Part shown: positions 60,939-64,000 of the stretch, one piece after another
How positions within the stretch are numbered: the first letter of the stretch is position 1
Layout of the letters: every line of letters begins with the position of its first letter
DNA from: Eledone cirrhosa
Taxonomy: Eukaryota
Direction of reading: 5' to 3'
DNA length: 64,000 bases
NCBI GenBank assembly: GCA_964016885.1
Contig: OZ024741.1
Coordinates: 34,782,001 to 34,846,000 of the forward strand
Position numbers and translations under genes: made by a program
Notes under the pieces: generated by a model
Databases searched by the model: none
Seen by the model: the letters and a program-made list of their open reading frames with translations, nothing else
Told to the model about the DNA's origin: nothing

Positions 60939-61673
60939 TATAACGGCGGCGAAGATTCGAAACCGATTCTGAGCTTTCTCGCTCTGGGACAAGCAGTGGT
61001 AAGTTGTTTACGCTCAAGAGACTAACTCCTTGGGAGAGGCTAAACACAGGTCAGAGGTATTTACGCCTGACAGAAAATAGGTCAGAGGATATATCCATCT
61101 TTCTGATTTGTTTACGCTTGGCAAACTAATCCCTTGGGAGACTAACCAAAGTTCAGAGGATATATCTATCCTTCTAACTTCAACTCTTATAAATACAGGG
61201 GTTGTTTACGCCCCGACAGAAAAGAAGTGATATACAGACAAGACAAGTCGCATTTACAAGCTCTCGTCACGAAAAACCAGTCTGCCACTTATTTTCACGT
61301 TCCTGGCTGATCGCTGACTCCTGCAATACAAATAAGTAAATATACTGATACGCACACACACATTCATAGTGAGTTCAGTATTTTTACACGCACCATTTCA
61401 GTTTACACATATTGTACCTTTCTGATACAGTACAAATTATATTATAATCGTATTCTGTGATACTTGAATTTACGTGGCTCGAAGAGCCACCAAATTATTG
61501 TATGAATATTTTGTGTTATTGATTTTATCATTCAATATTCAAGTTGAATATTGTTATAATAAAATAAACTTTGTAACAACACAATCCTGGTATTTTTCTT
61601 TACATCGAAACCACCATACCAACAGTTATATCCATCCACTTATCGTTACAACCACACATAATATTCCGTTACA
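60939..61673 (+). repeat. 3' LTR (735 bp)
   Basis: T(A/G)TAACGG...CCGTTACA inverted termini after the PPT; TATAAAT at about 61188; the last ~102 bp match 55927-56032. Confidence 0.9.
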
Positions 61674-61989
61674 GACTTGTTACAACTCTCTCACGTAGAC
61701 ACTGCTACCATCCCCTTTCCATAAAGACTTCTTACAGCTATCTCACCTATAAACACCCTCTTATTGTCTTCTCCATAAAGACTTGCTGCAGATCTCTCAC
61801 ATTAGAAAGTTGTCATCAGAAAAAAAAGAAGGTTGATCTCTCATTATTGTTGTTGTAAGGTAAATAAAAGTGTAAACATATCCTAACAGAGCCAAAAAGT
61901 AACACAAATAGCAACGTTAGAGAGCCACAAAGGCATAAGGAAGGGAAAAATGGTAGTTAGACAGTTAATTGAGGGAAAACAACACAATA

Positions 61990-62498
61990 ATGCTAAAGAC
62001 AATGTCACTGGATCGAGATCTTTGGAACCACGCAGTAATACAGAAGACCCTCCTTCCCTACATATAAAGTTAACCTACAGTCAGTGGGCCCCTCCTAACC
62101 AAATATACACCCCAACACACTACCACTACTCCATCCTCCCACTCCCACCAACACCACCTTTTCTCTGCAACATCCAGTCCAAACTAAAATGATCGTGTAG
62201 GTGTCACAACAAAAAAGCACCCAATCCACACTGTAAAGGGGTCGAGTAGGTGTCATGACAAAAAAAAAAAACGCACGGTCAATGCTGTAAAGTGGTCGTG
62301 TAGGAGACACGGTAAAAAGGCTCTCAGTTCACTCTGTAAATGTGGTTAGTGTTAGGAAGGGCATCCAGCCGTAGAAAACCTGCCAGAAACGGGTCTATAT
62401 GAGCGAGACATGGTCACCCAATCAACCTTGCCTCAAGTGGGACAAACCCATCTAACCCATGCTAGCGTTGAAGATAGACGTTAAACGATGATGATGAT
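61990..62498 (+). mobile_element. RTE LINE 3' end
   Basis: Matches 12210-12633; 3 hairpin units; (GAT)n tail. Confidence 0.85.
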
Positions 62499-62811
62499 AT
62501 AAACAGAAGTTTAAAGTAATGATTGTTTATTAGAAAAGGGGAAAGAGACACAACAGAAGCCTTCTCATTTCAATTCCTGTCAGAAATGTTCTGCCAATTG
62601 TGTTAACATCATTTTCAGTAAATTAATCCTCCTGCTTCTCACGGATACTACAGCAAATGTCAAAATCAAAACACAATGCTTGAAAGTGGTTTCTAAATTT
62701 AAAATTTAAATCAAATATCAAAGCAACAAGAACATTTTGATGGAGGGATTTTTAATTCCCGAAATATTAGGATAAATTAATAATAAAAATAATAATTTCT
62801 ACTATAGGCAC

Positions 62812-63096
62812 AAGGCCACCATGAGTTACCCCTATTTAGCTGTTATTTCTAGGACACCTAAGGACCACCATGAGGTTCCTTCTGTTTAGCTGATATAGCT
62901 ACTATTTCTAGCACACCTATGGACCACAATGAGCTTCCCTATTTAGCTGCTATTTTTAGCACACCTATGGACATCCAGCTGTAGAAATCAAGCCAGAATC
63001 AGTTCCTGTCTCACCCTTGCAAGCAGGGAAAAAGCGGACGTAAAATGAAATGATGGACCACTATGAGGTTTTCCCCTATTTAGCTGCTATTTCTCA
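62812..63096. repeat. About 49-bp minisatellite x4, interrupted by an 80-bp RTE tail (62973-63052)
   Basis: GGACCACCATGAGGTTCCCCTATTTAGCTGCTATTTCTAGCACACCTAT-like units; the insert is flanked by TSD ATGGAC. Confidence 0.75.
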
Positions 63097-63139
63097 TACA
63101 AAACTGTTTCTGGCTTGGTTTCTACAGCTGGATGCTCTT

Positions 63140-64000
63140 CCTAATTCCAACCACATTTACAGTGTGTGCTGGGTGCTTTTTACCATGTCTCCTACATGAT
63201 CACTTTACAGTGTGCTGGGTGCTTTTTGTTGTGAGACCTACACCCCCACTTTACAGTGTGTGCTGGATGCTTTTTGTTGTGACACCTACACAACCACTTT
63301 ACAGTGTGTGCTGGATGCTTTTTGTTGTGACACCTACACAACCACTTTACAGTGTGTGCTGGGTGCTTTTTGTTGTGACACCTACACAACCATTTTACAG
63401 TGTGGGCTGGGTGCTTTTTGTTGTGACACCTACACAACCACTTTACAGTGTGGGCTGGGTGCTTTTTGTCATGACACCTACACAACCACTTTACAGTGTG
63501 GGCTGGGTGCTTTTTGTTGTGACACCTACACAACCACTTTACAGTGTGTGCTGGGTGCTTTTTGTTGTGACACCTACACAACCATTTTACAGTGTGGGCT
63601 GGGTGCTTTTTGTCATGACACCTACACAACCACTTTACAGTGTGTGCTGGGTGATTTTTGTTGTGACACCTACACAACCACTTTACAGTGTGTGCTGGAT
63701 GCTTTTTGTCATGACACCTACACAACCACTTTACAGTGTGTGCTGGGTGATTTTTGTTGTGACACCTACACAACCACTTTACAGTGTGTGCTGGGTGATT
63801 TTTGTTGTGACACCTACACAACCACTTTACAGTGTGTGCTGGGTGATTTTTGTTGTGACACCTACACAACCACTTTACAGTGTGTGCTGGATGCTTTTTG
63901 TCATGACACCTACACAACCACTTTACAGTGTGTGCTGGGTGATTTTTGTTGTGACACCTACACAACCACTTTACAGTGTGTGCTGGGTGATTTTTGTTGT
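63140..64000 (-). repeat. 48-bp tandem array (at least 18 copies, truncated by the window end) inside an RTE-type 3' UTR
   Basis: Unit GACACCTACACAACCACTTTACAGTGTGTGCTGGGTGCTTTTTGTTGT, contiguous with the RTE tail TTTCTACAGCTGGATGC at about 63100-63160. Confidence 0.95.

Larger units (their letters stand above)
55927..61673 (+). mobile_element. Ty3/Gypsy LTR retrotransposon of CsRN1 type, defective provirus
   Basis: TSD GACT (55923-55926 and 61674-61677). 5' LTR remnant 55927-56032. PBS TGGTGACCCCG (tRNA-Trp) at 56035-56045. Gag PPFW...LWF..EAQF and CHCC motif CWYH..C..C. PR LVDTGA, RT YIDD, RNase H TDAS, IN HHCC + DDE + GPY. PPT GGAAGGGGGG at 60926-60935. 3' LTR 60939-61673. Confidence 0.93.

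Noticed and set aside
63192-63965. 257-aa Cys/His-rich repeat ORF ([16 protein letters not shown])n
   Set aside because: It is a by-product of a 48-bp (multiple of 3) tandem unit from a LINE 3' UTR; other copies of the unit have frame-breaking lengths.
63140-64000. CRISPR-like array
   Set aside because: Units are contiguous near-identical repeats with no unique spacers and no cas genes, in a eukaryotic context.

Overview
AT-rich eukaryotic genomic DNA, most likely from an octopod (coleoid cephalopod); this is inferred from the SINE/RTE repertoire and (TA)n density. Two host genes lie on the minus strand. One is a complete 15-coding-exon FGGY carbohydrate kinase gene (33718->3032, 549 aa, all junctions GT-AG and phase-consistent). 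The other is a single-coding-exon extracellular LRR protein gene (50323->48638). Between them is a scrambled, internally duplicated LEM-domain pseudogene. The rest is a dense nest of mobile elements: RTE LINEs whose RT carries an inserted PHD-type finger and whose 3' UTR carries a variable-copy 48-bp hairpin (at least 18 copies at the window end), a Penelope-like element, a CsRN1-type Gypsy provirus, solo LTRs, Helitrons, hAT/piggyBac/Tc-type MITEs and many tRNA-derived SINEs. The most notable unexplained signal is six hammerhead-ribozyme-like motifs; five are in FGGY introns and two of those are sense to the pre-mRNA. All calls come from reading the sequence by eye; no searches or folding programs were run.
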